A stretch of 64,000 bases of DNA from an uncultured Eggerthellaceae bacterium (lineage in GTDB: Bacteria > Actinomycetota > Coriobacteriia > Coriobacteriales > Eggerthellaceae), in assembly GCA_944321455.1 (NCBI GenBank), contig CALULI010000009.1, positions 2,703 through 66,702 of the forward strand, read 5' to 3'. Numbering within the stretch: the stretch's first letter is position 1; each line of letters starts with the position of its first letter. The notes beneath the pieces were generated by a model. It had not been told where the DNA came from, searched no databases, and saw only the letters and a program-made list of their open reading frames with translations. The position numbers and the translations under genes are program-made. Of this stretch, positions 28,719 to 38,285 are shown piece after piece.

Positions 28719-30959
28719 GTGCGGATTATTCGCTATCTAAAAAACGCGAAAGTTGCAGTGTTGCTTATCGTGCTGCTCTTGATCGTGCAAGCATTTGCGG
28801 ATTTGTCCCTGCCGCGCTATACCTCAGATTTGGTTGATATTGGCATTCAGCAGGGAGGCATAGAGCATGCCTCGCCCGATCAGATGAGCGAAGAAACCTA
28901 TCGCTACGTTTGCATGCTGGCTGATGAAGCTGACGAGCAAACTATTCGTGCTGCGTATGCTTCTGCCGAAGGTGATACAAACGCAAATGCCGAGCCTACC
29001 CGCTATGTCCTGACGGATGACGGTGCCGCCAATCGTGATGCGCTGGATGCTGCCATTGCTCTGCCGATGGTGCTTGCGCACTACCAAGATATTATGGGTG
29101 ACAGCGCTGCAATGGGTGAGGGCGCTAGTGCTGCAACGGGCGACATGGCGCAAGCCGCATCCTTCGATTTATCGCAGCTCTATGATGCCTATGAAGCAGG
29201 CGCTATTTCCAAAGCAGACATCACCAGCTACATCGAACAAGCGCGCGAAGCATTCGGCAGCATTGATGATTCGTTGATTCAACAGCAGGCTATTTCGGCA
29301 ACAAAAGCCGAATACGAAGCGCTTGGCCTAGACCTGGGCGCTATTCAGCTGCAATACTTGGGCATCCTGGGTGCTCAGATGTTGGGTGTTTCTGCCTTGA
29401 TGATGGCCGCGTCAATTGCGGTAGGATTTGTTGCCTCGCGCACGGCGGCGAAAATCGCCCGAACTTTGCGTGAGCGCCTCTTTGAAAAAGTCATCACGTT
29501 TTCTGACGCAGAAATTCAGTCATTTTCGGCAGCGTCGCTTATCACGCGCGGCACTAATGACATTCAACAAATTCAAATGGTGCTAGTCATGCTGCTGCGC
29601 ATGGTTTTATACGCGCCCATCTTGGCAATCGGCGGCATTATTATGGTCTCGCAAACCAGTTTGTCCATGAGCTGGATTATTATTGTGGCGGTTATTGCGC
29701 TTGGTGTTGTTATTGCGCTGCTTATGGCACTGGCTCTGCCTAAATTCAAAATTATGCAGAAGCTGATTGACCGCGTGAATTTGGTGTCACGCGAAATGCT
29801 TACGGGCATGTCGGTCATTCGTGCGTTTGACCGCCAAGATTTTGAAGAAGCGCGCTTCGACAAAGCAAGCACCAACCTGTATAAAACCCAGCTGTTTACC
29901 AACCGCGTCATGACGTTTATGATGCCCGCCATGATGCTTATCATGAACGGCGTTTCAGTGCTGATTGTGTGGGTTGGTGGGTCCTACATTGATAATGGCA
30001 CCATCCAAACAGGTGACATGATTGCCTTCATTACGTATTCGATGGTCATTGTGATGTCGTTCTTGATGATCAGCATGATTGCCATCATGCTGCCACGTGC
30101 TGATGTTGCAGCTGGCCGCGTTGATGAAGTTATAGCCTGTGAAAGCAGTATTCTTGACCCCGATCATTCTGAGGCGGCGCAGCTTCCAGCTGGTGCCGAT
30201 GGCCTGGCGGTTGACTTCGACCACGTAACCTTTACTTACAGCCAGGGAAGCGATCCTGTCCTGCGCGATATATCCTTTACGGCAATGCCTGGCAAAACAA
30301 CAGCCATTATTGGTTCAACAGGATCGGGTAAGTCTACCATTATCAAGCTGATTGAGCGCTTCTACGACGTTACGACGGGCACTGTTCGTGTCGGCGGCGT
30401 TGATGTGCGCAATATGAAGCAGCACGAACTGCGCCGTGAGTTGGGTTATGTGCCGCAGAAAGCATTCCTGTTTTCGGGCACTATCAATTCCACCATTGCC
30501 TATGCTGACGAATCCATGAGCGAAGAGCGCGTGCGCCAGGCGGCTGAAATTGCTCAGGCAACAGAATTTATTGACGCGAAAGCGGATGGCTTTAATTCCG
30601 AAATTAGCCAAGGCGGCACCAATGTGTCGGGCGGTCAGCGTCAGCGCTTGTCCATTGCGCGCGCTCTTGCCAGCAATGCTCGGGTGCTGCTGTTTGATGA
30701 TAGTTTTTCGGCGCTTGACTACGCCACCGATTCCAAGCTGCGCCGAGCGTTAGCTCATCATGCAGCGGGCAAAACTATCATTGTGGTGGCGCAGCGCATT
30801 GCTACCGTGCTTACCGCAGACCAAATTTTGGTTTTGGAAGATGGAGCCATTGTAGGCAAGGGTACTCATACGGAACTGCTTGAAACGTGTCCTACCTATA
30901 AAGAAATTGCTGCATCCCAGCTTTCAGAAGAAGAGCTGAAAGGGGGTGCTGCGCAATGA
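28719..30959 (+). CDS. Type IV ABC exporter, TMD-NBD subunit 1 (heterodimeric multidrug-type)
   Basis: GSTGSGKST, VSGGQRQRL, degenerate Walker B LLFDDS; GTG at 28719 follows AAGGGG. Confidence 0.9.
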   Translation: MRIIRYLKNAKVAVLLIVLLLIVQAFADLSLPRYTSDLVDIGIQQGGIEHASPDQMSEETYRYVCMLADEADEQTIRAAYASAEGDTNANAEPTRYVLTDDGAANRDALDAAIALPMVLAHYQDIMGDSAAMGEGASAATGDMAQAASFDLSQLYDAYEAGAISKADITSYIEQAREAFGSIDDSLIQQQAISATKAEYEALGLDLGAIQLQYLGILGAQMLGVSALMMAASIAVGFVASRTAAKIARTLRERLFEKVITFSDAEIQSFSAASLITRGTNDIQQIQMVLVMLLRMVLYAPILAIGGIIMVSQTSLSMSWIIIVAVIALGVVIALLMALALPKFKIMQKLIDRVNLVSREMLTGMSVIRAFDRQDFEEARFDKASTNLYKTQLFTNRVMTFMMPAMMLIMNGVSVLIVWVGGSYIDNGTIQTGDMIAFITYSMVIVMSFLMISMIAIMLPRADVAAGRVDEVIACESSILDPDHSEAAQLPAGADGLAVDFDHVTFTYSQGSDPVLRDISFTAMPGKTTAIIGSTGSGKSTIIKLIERFYDVTTGTVRVGGVDVRNMKQHELRRELGYVPQKAFLFSGTINSTIAYADESMSEERVRQAAEIAQATEFIDAKADGFNSEISQGGTNVSGGQRQRLSIARALASNARVLLFDDSFSALDYATDSKLRRALAHHAAGKTIIVVAQRIATVLTADQILVLEDGAIVGKGTHTELLETCPTYKEIAASQLSEEELKGGAAQ

Positions 30960-32845
30960 GCCGCGAAGAAGAGCATGACCAAAGCACTGGCTTTGATCAG
31001 AAGACTTCACGCAACGTCGGTCCTAACACGGGCAGGCGCCGTGGTCCTATGCGGCATGGAGGTCCTGTGATGTCAGGCGAAAAGGCCGCAGACTTCAAAG
31101 GATCCATGTCAAAGCTGCTCAAGTTTATGGGCCGCTTCAAGATTGCTATTGCAGTAGTGTTTGTGTTTGCCATTGCTTCAACGGTTTTCAATATTGTGGG
31201 CCCGAAGGTTCTTTCCACCGCTACGACGGAGCTGTTCAACGGTATCAGCGCCAAAATTGCTGGCACTGGTGGCATCGATTTTCATGCGGTCGGTGCTATT
31301 TTGCTGACCACGTTAGCCCTCTATGGTTTTTCTTCGCTCTGCATGCTTATTCAGGGCTTACTTATGACTCACGTTACCCAGCGCACCTGCTATCTGCTGC
31401 GTCAGCGTATCTCACAAAAGATGGACAGGCTGCCTATGGGCTATTTCGAGCGCACCAGCACAGGCGATATTCTATCCCGCATCACCAACGACGTTGACAC
31501 GTTGGGCATGACGCTTAATCAGGGTCTTACACAGCTGATCACATCTATCACCACTATTATTGGTGTGCTGGTCATGATGATCAGCATTAACCTGCCCATG
31601 ACAGCTATTGCGCTTTTGGTCATTCCGCTTTCTGCCGTTTTAGTCAAAGTGGTGGTAAGTCGCAGCCAAAAATACTTTCGTATGCAACAAAACCGCCTGG
31701 GCGCTATCAATGGTCAGGTTGAAGAAACGTTTTCAGGCCAAGCGGTTGTCCGCGCATTCGGTAAAGAACACGAAGCACTTGAGCAATTTAAGAAAACCAA
31801 TAATGACCTGTACGAATCTGCCTGGAAGTCGCAATTCTTGTCGGGGCTTATGATGCCTGTCATGAACTTCATCAGTAACTTGGGCTATGTTGCGGTGGCG
31901 GTAGCGGGTGCGCTCTTTGCTATTAATGGGCGCATCACCGTTGGTGACATTCAGGCGTTTATCCAGTACATCAAAAATTTTACCCAGCCTATTACACAGT
32001 TGGCGCAGGTCTCTAACGTGTTGCAGCAAATGGCAGCAGCGGCCGAGCGTGTGTTTGAGTTTTTGGATGCCGAAGAAGAATCTGAAGAAACCGCAAAGGT
32101 TACCACCAAAGACGTGCACGGCAACGTGGAATTTGATCATGTGCGTTTTGGCTATGATCCTGACCAGCCCATTATCAAGGATTTCTCTGCCGTGGTGAGT
32201 GAAGGTCAAACCATTGCGCTTGTAGGACCAACGGGTGCTGGTAAGACCACCATGGTAAAGCTGCTCATGCGTTTCTACGATGTTGATAGCGGTGCTATTC
32301 GCATTGGTGGCTACGATGTGCGCGACTTTGACCGCAATGATTTGCGCTCGCTCTTTGCTATGGTGCTGCAGGATACGTGGCTGTTTAAGGGATCGGTGCG
32401 CGAAAACATTCGCTACGGCAGACTTGATGCCAGTGACGAAGAAGTTGAAGCGGCGGCAAAGGCGGCGTTTGCGGATACCTTTATTCGCACGCTTCCTGAT
32501 GGCTATGACACGGAAATTAGCGAAGATGCCAGCAACATCAGCCAAGGTCAGCGCCAGCTGTTGACTATTGCGCGTGCGGTGCTGGCTAACCGCAAGATGC
32601 TTATTTTGGATGAGGCTACCAGCTCAGTTGACACGCGTACTGAAGAGCGTATTCAGATGGCCATGGATAACTTGATGAAGGGTCGCACGTCGTTTGTTAT
32701 TGCGCATCGTTTGTCTACTATTCGCAACGCAGATTTGATTTTAGTACTGCACGAAGGCGACATTGTGGAGCAGGGCACGCATAGCGAATTGCTGGCGCGT
32801 GGTGGCGCTTATGCAGATTTGTATAATTCCCAGTTTGCGCGCTAA
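30956..32845 (+). CDS. Type IV ABC exporter, TMD-NBD subunit 2
   Basis: GPTGAGKTT, ISQGQRQLL, LILDEATSSVD, IAHRLST; ATGA overlap with its partner. Confidence 0.93.
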   Translation: MSREEEHDQSTGFDQKTSRNVGPNTGRRRGPMRHGGPVMSGEKAADFKGSMSKLLKFMGRFKIAIAVVFVFAIASTVFNIVGPKVLSTATTELFNGISAKIAGTGGIDFHAVGAILLTTLALYGFSSLCMLIQGLLMTHVTQRTCYLLRQRISQKMDRLPMGYFERTSTGDILSRITNDVDTLGMTLNQGLTQLITSITTIIGVLVMMISINLPMTAIALLVIPLSAVLVKVVVSRSQKYFRMQQNRLGAINGQVEETFSGQAVVRAFGKEHEALEQFKKTNNDLYESAWKSQFLSGLMMPVMNFISNLGYVAVAVAGALFAINGRITVGDIQAFIQYIKNFTQPITQLAQVSNVLQQMAAAAERVFEFLDAEEESEETAKVTTKDVHGNVEFDHVRFGYDPDQPIIKDFSAVVSEGQTIALVGPTGAGKTTMVKLLMRFYDVDSGAIRIGGYDVRDFDRNDLRSLFAMVLQDTWLFKGSVRENIRYGRLDASDEEVEAAAKAAFADTFIRTLPDGYDTEISEDASNISQGQRQLLTIARAVLANRKMLILDEATSSVDTRTEERIQMAMDNLMKGRTSFVIAHRLSTIRNADLILVLHEGDIVEQGTHSELLARGGAYADLYNSQFAR

Positions 32846-33264
32846 AACTGCGGTTCAAAAGGATTCAGTAAGGGAATATCAAGATAGTCAAAATCTTTTA
32901 CATTGCGCGTTACGAGCGTTGCTTTGTGAGTTAAGCATAGTGCACCAACCATGAGATCTTCAATGGTGGGCGTGCGTCCTGCTAGAACAGCCTTTACGTG
33001 TAATTGCGCACATTGTTCGGCTGCTTGAGCATCAAGGCTTAAAGTGCGCGGTTCGTATACTTGAATTAATTCGTCAATGGTTTTAAGAAGTGCCTGTTTT
33101 CTTTTTCCATCAGGTAGCATCAACCCGCCGAATTTCATTTCCTCGATGGTGATGACGGTTAAATAAGCATCATCTTTGTTGTTTTCTAGCCATGTAATAA
33201 CAGAGGGGTTCGGAGCTTTTTTGGTTAATTCCGAAACGATGTTGGTGTCGACAATATATTTCAT
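32842..33264 (-). CDS. vapC: VapC/FitB PIN-domain toxin
   Basis: IVDTNIVSE, TIEEMKFG, EDLMVGA, LVTRNVKDF; the acidic PIN residues appear intact. Confidence 0.92.
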   Translation of the reverse strand: MKYIVDTNIVSELTKKAPNPSVITWLENNKDDAYLTVITIEEMKFGGLMLPDGKRKQALLKTIDELIQVYEPRTLSLDAQAAEQCAQLHVKAVLAGRTPTIEDLMVGALCLTHKATLVTRNVKDFDYLDIPLLNPFEPQF

Positions 33265-33500
33265 GAGAGCTCCACTGCAGTAAAACGTGGGGTATGACGT
33301 GGGGGTGCATCAAATTCCATTCCATCGACAGCTTGGGCACGTTCCCGAATTACATCAATCCAGCTTTTTGGTTCTTCTTGAAGCGCTTCGCGCAGCAGTG
33401 CTAAAGCTTCAGCCTGCTGGCTGTGACCTTTCTCTGCTGCCCTTATGGCAAGCGCTCGTTTTGTTTCATCGTCAATATTTCGAATAAGCAAGTCTGCCAT
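33261..33500 (-). CDS. fitA: FitA-like ribbon-helix-helix antitoxin
   Basis: MADLLIRNIDDETKRALAIRAAEKGHSQQAE; overlaps the toxin start (ATGA). Confidence 0.85.
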   Translation of the reverse strand: MADLLIRNIDDETKRALAIRAAEKGHSQQAEALALLREALQEEPKSWIDVIRERAQAVDGMEFDAPPRHTPRFTAVELS

Positions 33501-33510
33501 GCGTACCTCC

Positions 33511-33545
33511 TGATATCACAAATATCATTGATATCAATGATATCA
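33511..33545. promoter_or_regulatory. Candidate FitA operator: three TGATATCA palindromes, including a perfect 22-bp palindrome
   Basis: TGATATCA at 33511, 33529 and 33538; ATATCATTGATATCAATGATAT at 33522-33543. Confidence 0.7.
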
Positions 33546-33659
33546 CATAAAAACGAGATTAAAAAATCAATTCATGCCTTTCACCTGCTAAAACAGCGTT
33601 TTAGTATGCGGCTTTCTGTATTTGCTCTACGATTGGCCTTATAAGAGGAAGGAGTTTCT

Positions 33660-34331
33660 ATGACTACGTTTTATAAAACAAAGCATGCGGGGGCTAAGAT
33701 TCTTATTGCTTTTCTAACCGTATGCGTGTCTGTTCTGTGCATGGTTGGGCTTGTAGGCTGCTCTGGTCCAACGCCAACTGAAACCACGCAACAGTTTCTT
33801 GATGGAATAAAGGCAAATGATACGGAATCAATACAAAAGGTTTATGCAGGGGATCCCAATACGGTCTTGACCATCACTCCTGAAGACGCTGAATCTGAGG
33901 GATCTGATGGTGTTGTTGTGGGAGAAATTCAAGACACCATTAATAACGATCTTGTTCCTAAGCTGCGCGAATTCGACTATGAGATCTCCAATGAACAAAT
34001 TGACGGTGATACGGCAACAGTTGATGTGAAGATCACTACCTACACCGTAGGTGATGCTTTCAACACGTTTATCACTGACTATATGAGCCAGGGCTTCACC
34101 TTGGCATTATCAGGCGCATCTGAGGACGATCTGAGCGAACTTGCGTCGTCTATCTTCTCTACAAAGATCAACTCAATGGAGAAAAGCTATACCGACACCG
34201 TTACGGTGTCTTTATCCAAGGTTGATGGAAATTGGAAGGTTGACGATATCAAGTCTAATGCCGAATTAACTGACGCACTTTTAGGCGGCTTGTATACTAC
34301 TATTGAATCGCTTGATGGCTTATACGAATAA
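33660..34331 (+). CDS. Putative lipoprotein (NTF2-like/DUF4878-type)
   Basis: Signal peptide ending LVGC; TTQQFLDGIK, WKVDD; acidic. Confidence 0.6.
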   Translation: MTTFYKTKHAGAKILIAFLTVCVSVLCMVGLVGCSGPTPTETTQQFLDGIKANDTESIQKVYAGDPNTVLTITPEDAESEGSDGVVVGEIQDTINNDLVPKLREFDYEISNEQIDGDTATVDVKITTYTVGDAFNTFITDYMSQGFTLALSGASEDDLSELASSIFSTKINSMEKSYTDTVTVSLSKVDGNWKVDDIKSNAELTDALLGGLYTTIESLDGLYE

Positions 34332-34358
34332 ACGCTAACCAGACACTGAGGACACGCC

Positions 34359-35387
34359 ATGAAAACAATCACGCTTGGTTCAACAGGAATTGTCACGCCA
34401 CAAAATGCGTTTGGTGCATTGCCTTTGCAGCGCTGCACCGAAGAGGAGGCCATTGCGCTTTTGCGTACTGCCTATGAAGGCGGCATGACTTTTTTCGATA
34501 CTGCTCGTGCGTATTCCAACAGTGAAGAGCGCGTAGGTAAAGCATTCGATGGCATGCGTGACAAGGTGACCATTGCCACCAAAACTATGGCACGCACACC
34601 TGAAGAATTCTGGCGTGATCTGGAAACGTCACTGTCTTTGTTAAAGACCGACCACGTGGATATCTATCAGCTTCATTGCGTGCCTCAGTGTTACAAGCCA
34701 GGCGATGGAACTGGCATGTACGAATGTCTTGTTGAAGCTAAAAAGCAGGGCAAGATTCGCCACATCGGAGTTACGGCGCATTTGGTTGCCGTTGCTGAAG
34801 AAATTGCCGAATCAGGCTTATATGAAACGCTGCAGTTCCCCTTAAGCTATCTGGCAACGGAGCGCGAGGTCAATCTGGTTCGTCTGTGCGAGGCTAACAA
34901 CGTGGGCTTTATTGCCATGAAGGGCCTTGCAGGTGGTTTGATTACCAACTCAACAGCAGCTATGGCTTACATGACGCAGTTTGACAATGTGGTTCCTATC
35001 TGGGGAATCCAGCGCATGAAAGAACTTCAGGAATGGCTTGCGTTTATGAATGAAACGCCTGCTATTACGCCTGAGATTTCTGCGTTTTATGAATCTGAAC
35101 GTGCCGAATTACAAGGTGAATTCTGTCGCGGTTGTGGCTATTGTCTGCCTTGCACGGCCGACGTTCCTATCAACAATTGCGCGCGTATGTCTTTGATGGT
35201 GCGTCGTGCTCCGTCGGAGGCGTGGCTCAACGAAGAATGGCAAGAAAAGATGGCACGCATTGAAGATTGCAGCGACTGTGGTCTGTGCAAGGAACGCTGC
35301 CCGTATGGCTTGGATGTTCCAAATCTGTTGCGCAAGAATTACGAAGACTATCAGCGCATTCTTGCAGGAGAGGTTGAACCTGTTTAA
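34359..35387 (+). CDS. Aldo/keto reductase with C-terminal 4Fe-4S dicluster
   Basis: FFDTARAYSNSEE, DIYQLH, CRGCGYCLPC and CSDCGLCKERCP. Confidence 0.92.
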   Translation: MKTITLGSTGIVTPQNAFGALPLQRCTEEEAIALLRTAYEGGMTFFDTARAYSNSEERVGKAFDGMRDKVTIATKTMARTPEEFWRDLETSLSLLKTDHVDIYQLHCVPQCYKPGDGTGMYECLVEAKKQGKIRHIGVTAHLVAVAEEIAESGLYETLQFPLSYLATEREVNLVRLCEANNVGFIAMKGLAGGLITNSTAAMAYMTQFDNVVPIWGIQRMKELQEWLAFMNETPAITPEISAFYESERAELQGEFCRGCGYCLPCTADVPINNCARMSLMVRRAPSEAWLNEEWQEKMARIEDCSDCGLCKERCPYGLDVPNLLRKNYEDYQRILAGEVEPV

Positions 35388-35452
35388 TCCGTTCGTGGAT
35401 TTTCAAATTTTGAAAAAAGTTGCTTGGCTATTTTTTTTGCTACGATGAACTC

Positions 35453-35791
35453 ATGGAAGATGCGCCCAAAATAGCCAAGCGTCGCGCGCGTGAAAAGCGC
35501 GTGATCTCTCAGATGATTGCCATCTATTGTAGCGCCCACCATGACAAGCGCGATCATCGCTCTTATAGCGGGGATATGATTTGTGCAGATTGCGCAATGC
35601 TTGATGAGTATGCCGTTATGCGCACGGAGCGCTGCAAAAAGATGGACCAAAAAACGTCCTGCGAAGAATGTGAAAATCACTGCTATAAACCTGAAGAGCG
35701 CCAGCGCATTCGCGAGGTCATGCGCTATGCGGGTCCGCGCATGATTACTAAGCATCCCCTTGAGGCAATTCGCCATCTTCTAGGCAAGTAG
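35453..35791 (+). CDS. YgbA-like ('nitrous oxide-stimulated promoter' family) Cys-rich protein
   Basis: REKRVISQMIAIYC, CADCAML, RCKKMDQKTSCEECENHCYKP, MRYAGPRM. Confidence 0.8.
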   Translation: MEDAPKIAKRRAREKRVISQMIAIYCSAHHDKRDHRSYSGDMICADCAMLDEYAVMRTERCKKMDQKTSCEECENHCYKPEERQRIREVMRYAGPRMITKHPLEAIRHLLGK

Positions 35792-35880
35792 AAAAGATAC
35801 GTTTTGAATGAGGCGTCCTGCATTCTTGCAGGAAAAATAGTTTGCGGTGCCATAAAATAGAAAGGTAAGACACAATTTGC

Positions 35881-36435
35881 GTGATGACAAAGCCTGGGGG
35901 TATCGCAATGCTGAATGAATCTGTCCGCGCTTTAACTAAAGAACAGTTGCTTGAATTGATGGAAATTGACGCCAAAAACAGCGTAGCGCTTGATGGTGTG
36001 TGGTTTCAGTCGGTTGAGCGCGATTTAGGTATGGACGAAGCTATGCACCATGACCAGGAAGCATGGAAGCGTTTTGCAGCGGTTGAGGCTCGGCGCATCA
36101 AGAAGTTTTTAGGCTTAGACGAACACCCTGGCCTTGAGGGTTTGGCTAAGGCGTTGCCGTTTCATATTGTGGATCGCGCTAACACGTGCGAGGTTATTCA
36201 AGAAAAAGGACGCGTGATTAACCGCGTTATTGATTGTCGTGTGCAGTCTGCTCGTTCGCGTAAGGGGATGGAGTGGCACCCGTGCAAGCTGGCAGCAATT
36301 TATGAATACAGCTGCTTTGCATCGGCTATTGATGATCGAATTGAGACACGCTGTTTAAGCTGTTATCCCGATATTACGGATGAAACCTGTTCATGTTCAT
36401 GGGAATTCACGCTGGCCGAAGACAAGGCCGAATAG
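35881..36435 (+). CDS. DUF6125-like protein
   Basis: AKNSVALDGVWFQSVE, CRVQSARSRKG..HPCK, IDDRIETRCLSCYPD, CSCSWEF. Confidence 0.65.
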   Translation: MMTKPGGIAMLNESVRALTKEQLLELMEIDAKNSVALDGVWFQSVERDLGMDEAMHHDQEAWKRFAAVEARRIKKFLGLDEHPGLEGLAKALPFHIVDRANTCEVIQEKGRVINRVIDCRVQSARSRKGMEWHPCKLAAIYEYSCFASAIDDRIETRCLSCYPDITDETCSCSWEFTLAEDKAE

Positions 36436-36546
36436 CGCGCCTGTCGTGTGGATTACGCCAAGGAAGTGGACAAACACACGGGCTTGCGTTGACTGCGGCA
36501 GGTAGCGAAAAATGCCGCGCGGGGATGTTAAAGGGGAGATGACATC

Positions 36547-37545
36547 ATGAAATGCGTATCTTGTGGTGCCGAAATTGAAGATAATGCTCAGTTTTGTAGC
36601 GAATGCGGAGCACCCGTTTCACCTCATGCTGAAAAAACGCTGCCCTTAGATCCTGACAAGACGCACAAGATGCCAGCGGCAACGTCGGCGGCGATGTCGG
36701 CGGAAGCAGCAGAGACGTCTGCGGCAACGACAGCGGAAGCAACAGCGTCAACGTCGGCGGAAAAGACAGTGGAAATGTCTTCGGTTGACAAGGCAAGTCT
36801 TCATGACCAACCAACGCAGTTTGCTCCGCCTGTGGCAGCAACGCGTGTTGCAAGCCCTGATCAATCTGCCACCAAGAAAGGCTTATCGCAAAACGCTAAG
36901 TTGGGCATCATTATTGGCGTGGTAGCAGCAGTCGTAATTGCATGTGGCATTATTATTGCGGTTTTGATTATGTCTCATTCGGCACAACAAACCGAAACAG
37001 AAACTACCACTCAAACCCAGGTTGAGCAGCAAGAACAAACCACCACGCAAGAGCGGGCTGAAAACACTGCTGACACTGCCGCTCCTGAGCCCGAGCCTGC
37101 TCCAGAGCCATCGACAAATTCAAATGCATTGGTTACGCACACTAATGATCGCTATGGCTACAGCATAGATCTTCCTGCCAGCTTCACGGCTTTACCAGGG
37201 GGTCAAAACGGTGCGGGACTTTCCTATGTTGGTGGCTCAACAGGTCAAATTCAAGTGGATCTGTGGGGCGAAAATAACCTTTCTGGTGATACGGTGGCTG
37301 ACCACTTAGATCAGTTGATGTCAGACCATAACTATATTGAGGCCTATGCGGCAGCGGGCGTTACCTGGTGTGTTTACTCGGTTGAAGAAGACGGCATGGT
37401 GTATTACTACAAGGTATACGTCGGTGAGGGCTCTCTTAATACGGCGCTTATTACGTACCCTGCAAGCATTTCTTCCGAAGGCGATGCATTCATTGAACGC
37501 ATTATTGAAACCTTCGAACCAGGGGATTTGAGTGTGGCTCACTAA
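36547..37545 (+). CDS. Zinc-ribbon, single-TM protein with low-complexity linkers and an extracellular domain
   Basis: CVSCG..FCSECG, Ala/Thr/Ser linker, TM segment GIIIGVVAAVVIACGIIIAVLIM, PEPEPAPEP linker. Confidence 0.75.
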   Translation: MKCVSCGAEIEDNAQFCSECGAPVSPHAEKTLPLDPDKTHKMPAATSAAMSAEAAETSAATTAEATASTSAEKTVEMSSVDKASLHDQPTQFAPPVAATRVASPDQSATKKGLSQNAKLGIIIGVVAAVVIACGIIIAVLIMSHSAQQTETETTTQTQVEQQEQTTTQERAENTADTAAPEPEPAPEPSTNSNALVTHTNDRYGYSIDLPASFTALPGGQNGAGLSYVGGSTGQIQVDLWGENNLSGDTVADHLDQLMSDHNYIEAYAAAGVTWCVYSVEEDGMVYYYKVYVGEGSLNTALITYPASISSEGDAFIERIIETFEPGDLSVAH

Positions 37546-37581
37546 GACGCTGATCATACACTAAGCACAAGGGACACGTTT

Positions 37582-38283
37582 ATGGCATATATCGAATTCA
37601 ACAACGTAGTCAAAACATACGGAACGGGTGAAGCCGAAATTCACGCACTTAATGGCGCGACGTTTGCTGTTGAAAAGGGCGAGTTAGCCGTTATTTTGGG
37701 TGCGTCGGGTGCGGGTAAGACCACGGCACTCAACATTTTGGGTGGCATGGACTTTGCAACTAGCGGCAACGTGATTGTGGATGGGCGTGATGTGGCGCAT
37801 TATCGCGAAGCTGAACTGGTGGAATATCGTCGCTCAGACATCGGCTTTGTTTTTCAGTTCTACAACTTGGTTCCTAACTTGACGGCACTGGAAAATGTTG
37901 AGCTTGCATCGCAAATCTGTCCCGATTCGCTTGATGCAGCAGAAACGCTTGCTAAGGTAGGGCTGGAACACCGCTTAGATAATTTCCCTGCACAGCTCTC
38001 CGGTGGCGAACAGCAGCGTGTGGCTATTGCGCGTGCGCTGGCCAAAAATCCCAAGCTTCTGCTTTGCGATGAACCAACAGGTGCGCTTGACTACAACACA
38101 GGTAAACAAATTCTGCAGCTGTTGCAGGACACGTGCCGCAACGAAGGCATTACCGTGCTTTTGATTACGCACAACAGCGCGTTGGCGCCTATGGCGGACA
38201 GGCTTATCCAGTTCCGCAACGGCACGGTGACCGATATTTCTGTCAACACTAACCCAACACCCATTGCTGAAATTGAGTGGTAG
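37582..38283 (+). CDS. MacB/LolD-type ABC ATPase
   Basis: [35 protein letters not shown]. Confidence 0.93.
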   Translation: MAYIEFNNVVKTYGTGEAEIHALNGATFAVEKGELAVILGASGAGKTTALNILGGMDFATSGNVIVDGRDVAHYREAELVEYRRSDIGFVFQFYNLVPNLTALENVELASQICPDSLDAAETLAKVGLEHRLDNFPAQLSGGEQQRVAIARALAKNPKLLLCDEPTGALDYNTGKQILQLLQDTCRNEGITVLLITHNSALAPMADRLIQFRNGTVTDISVNTNPTPIAEIEW

Positions 38284-38285
38284 CA

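Noticed and set aside
25944-33660. Mobile element carrying the two TA modules
   Set aside because: No integrase, transposase, terminal repeats or target duplications were seen; the intervening genes look core-like.
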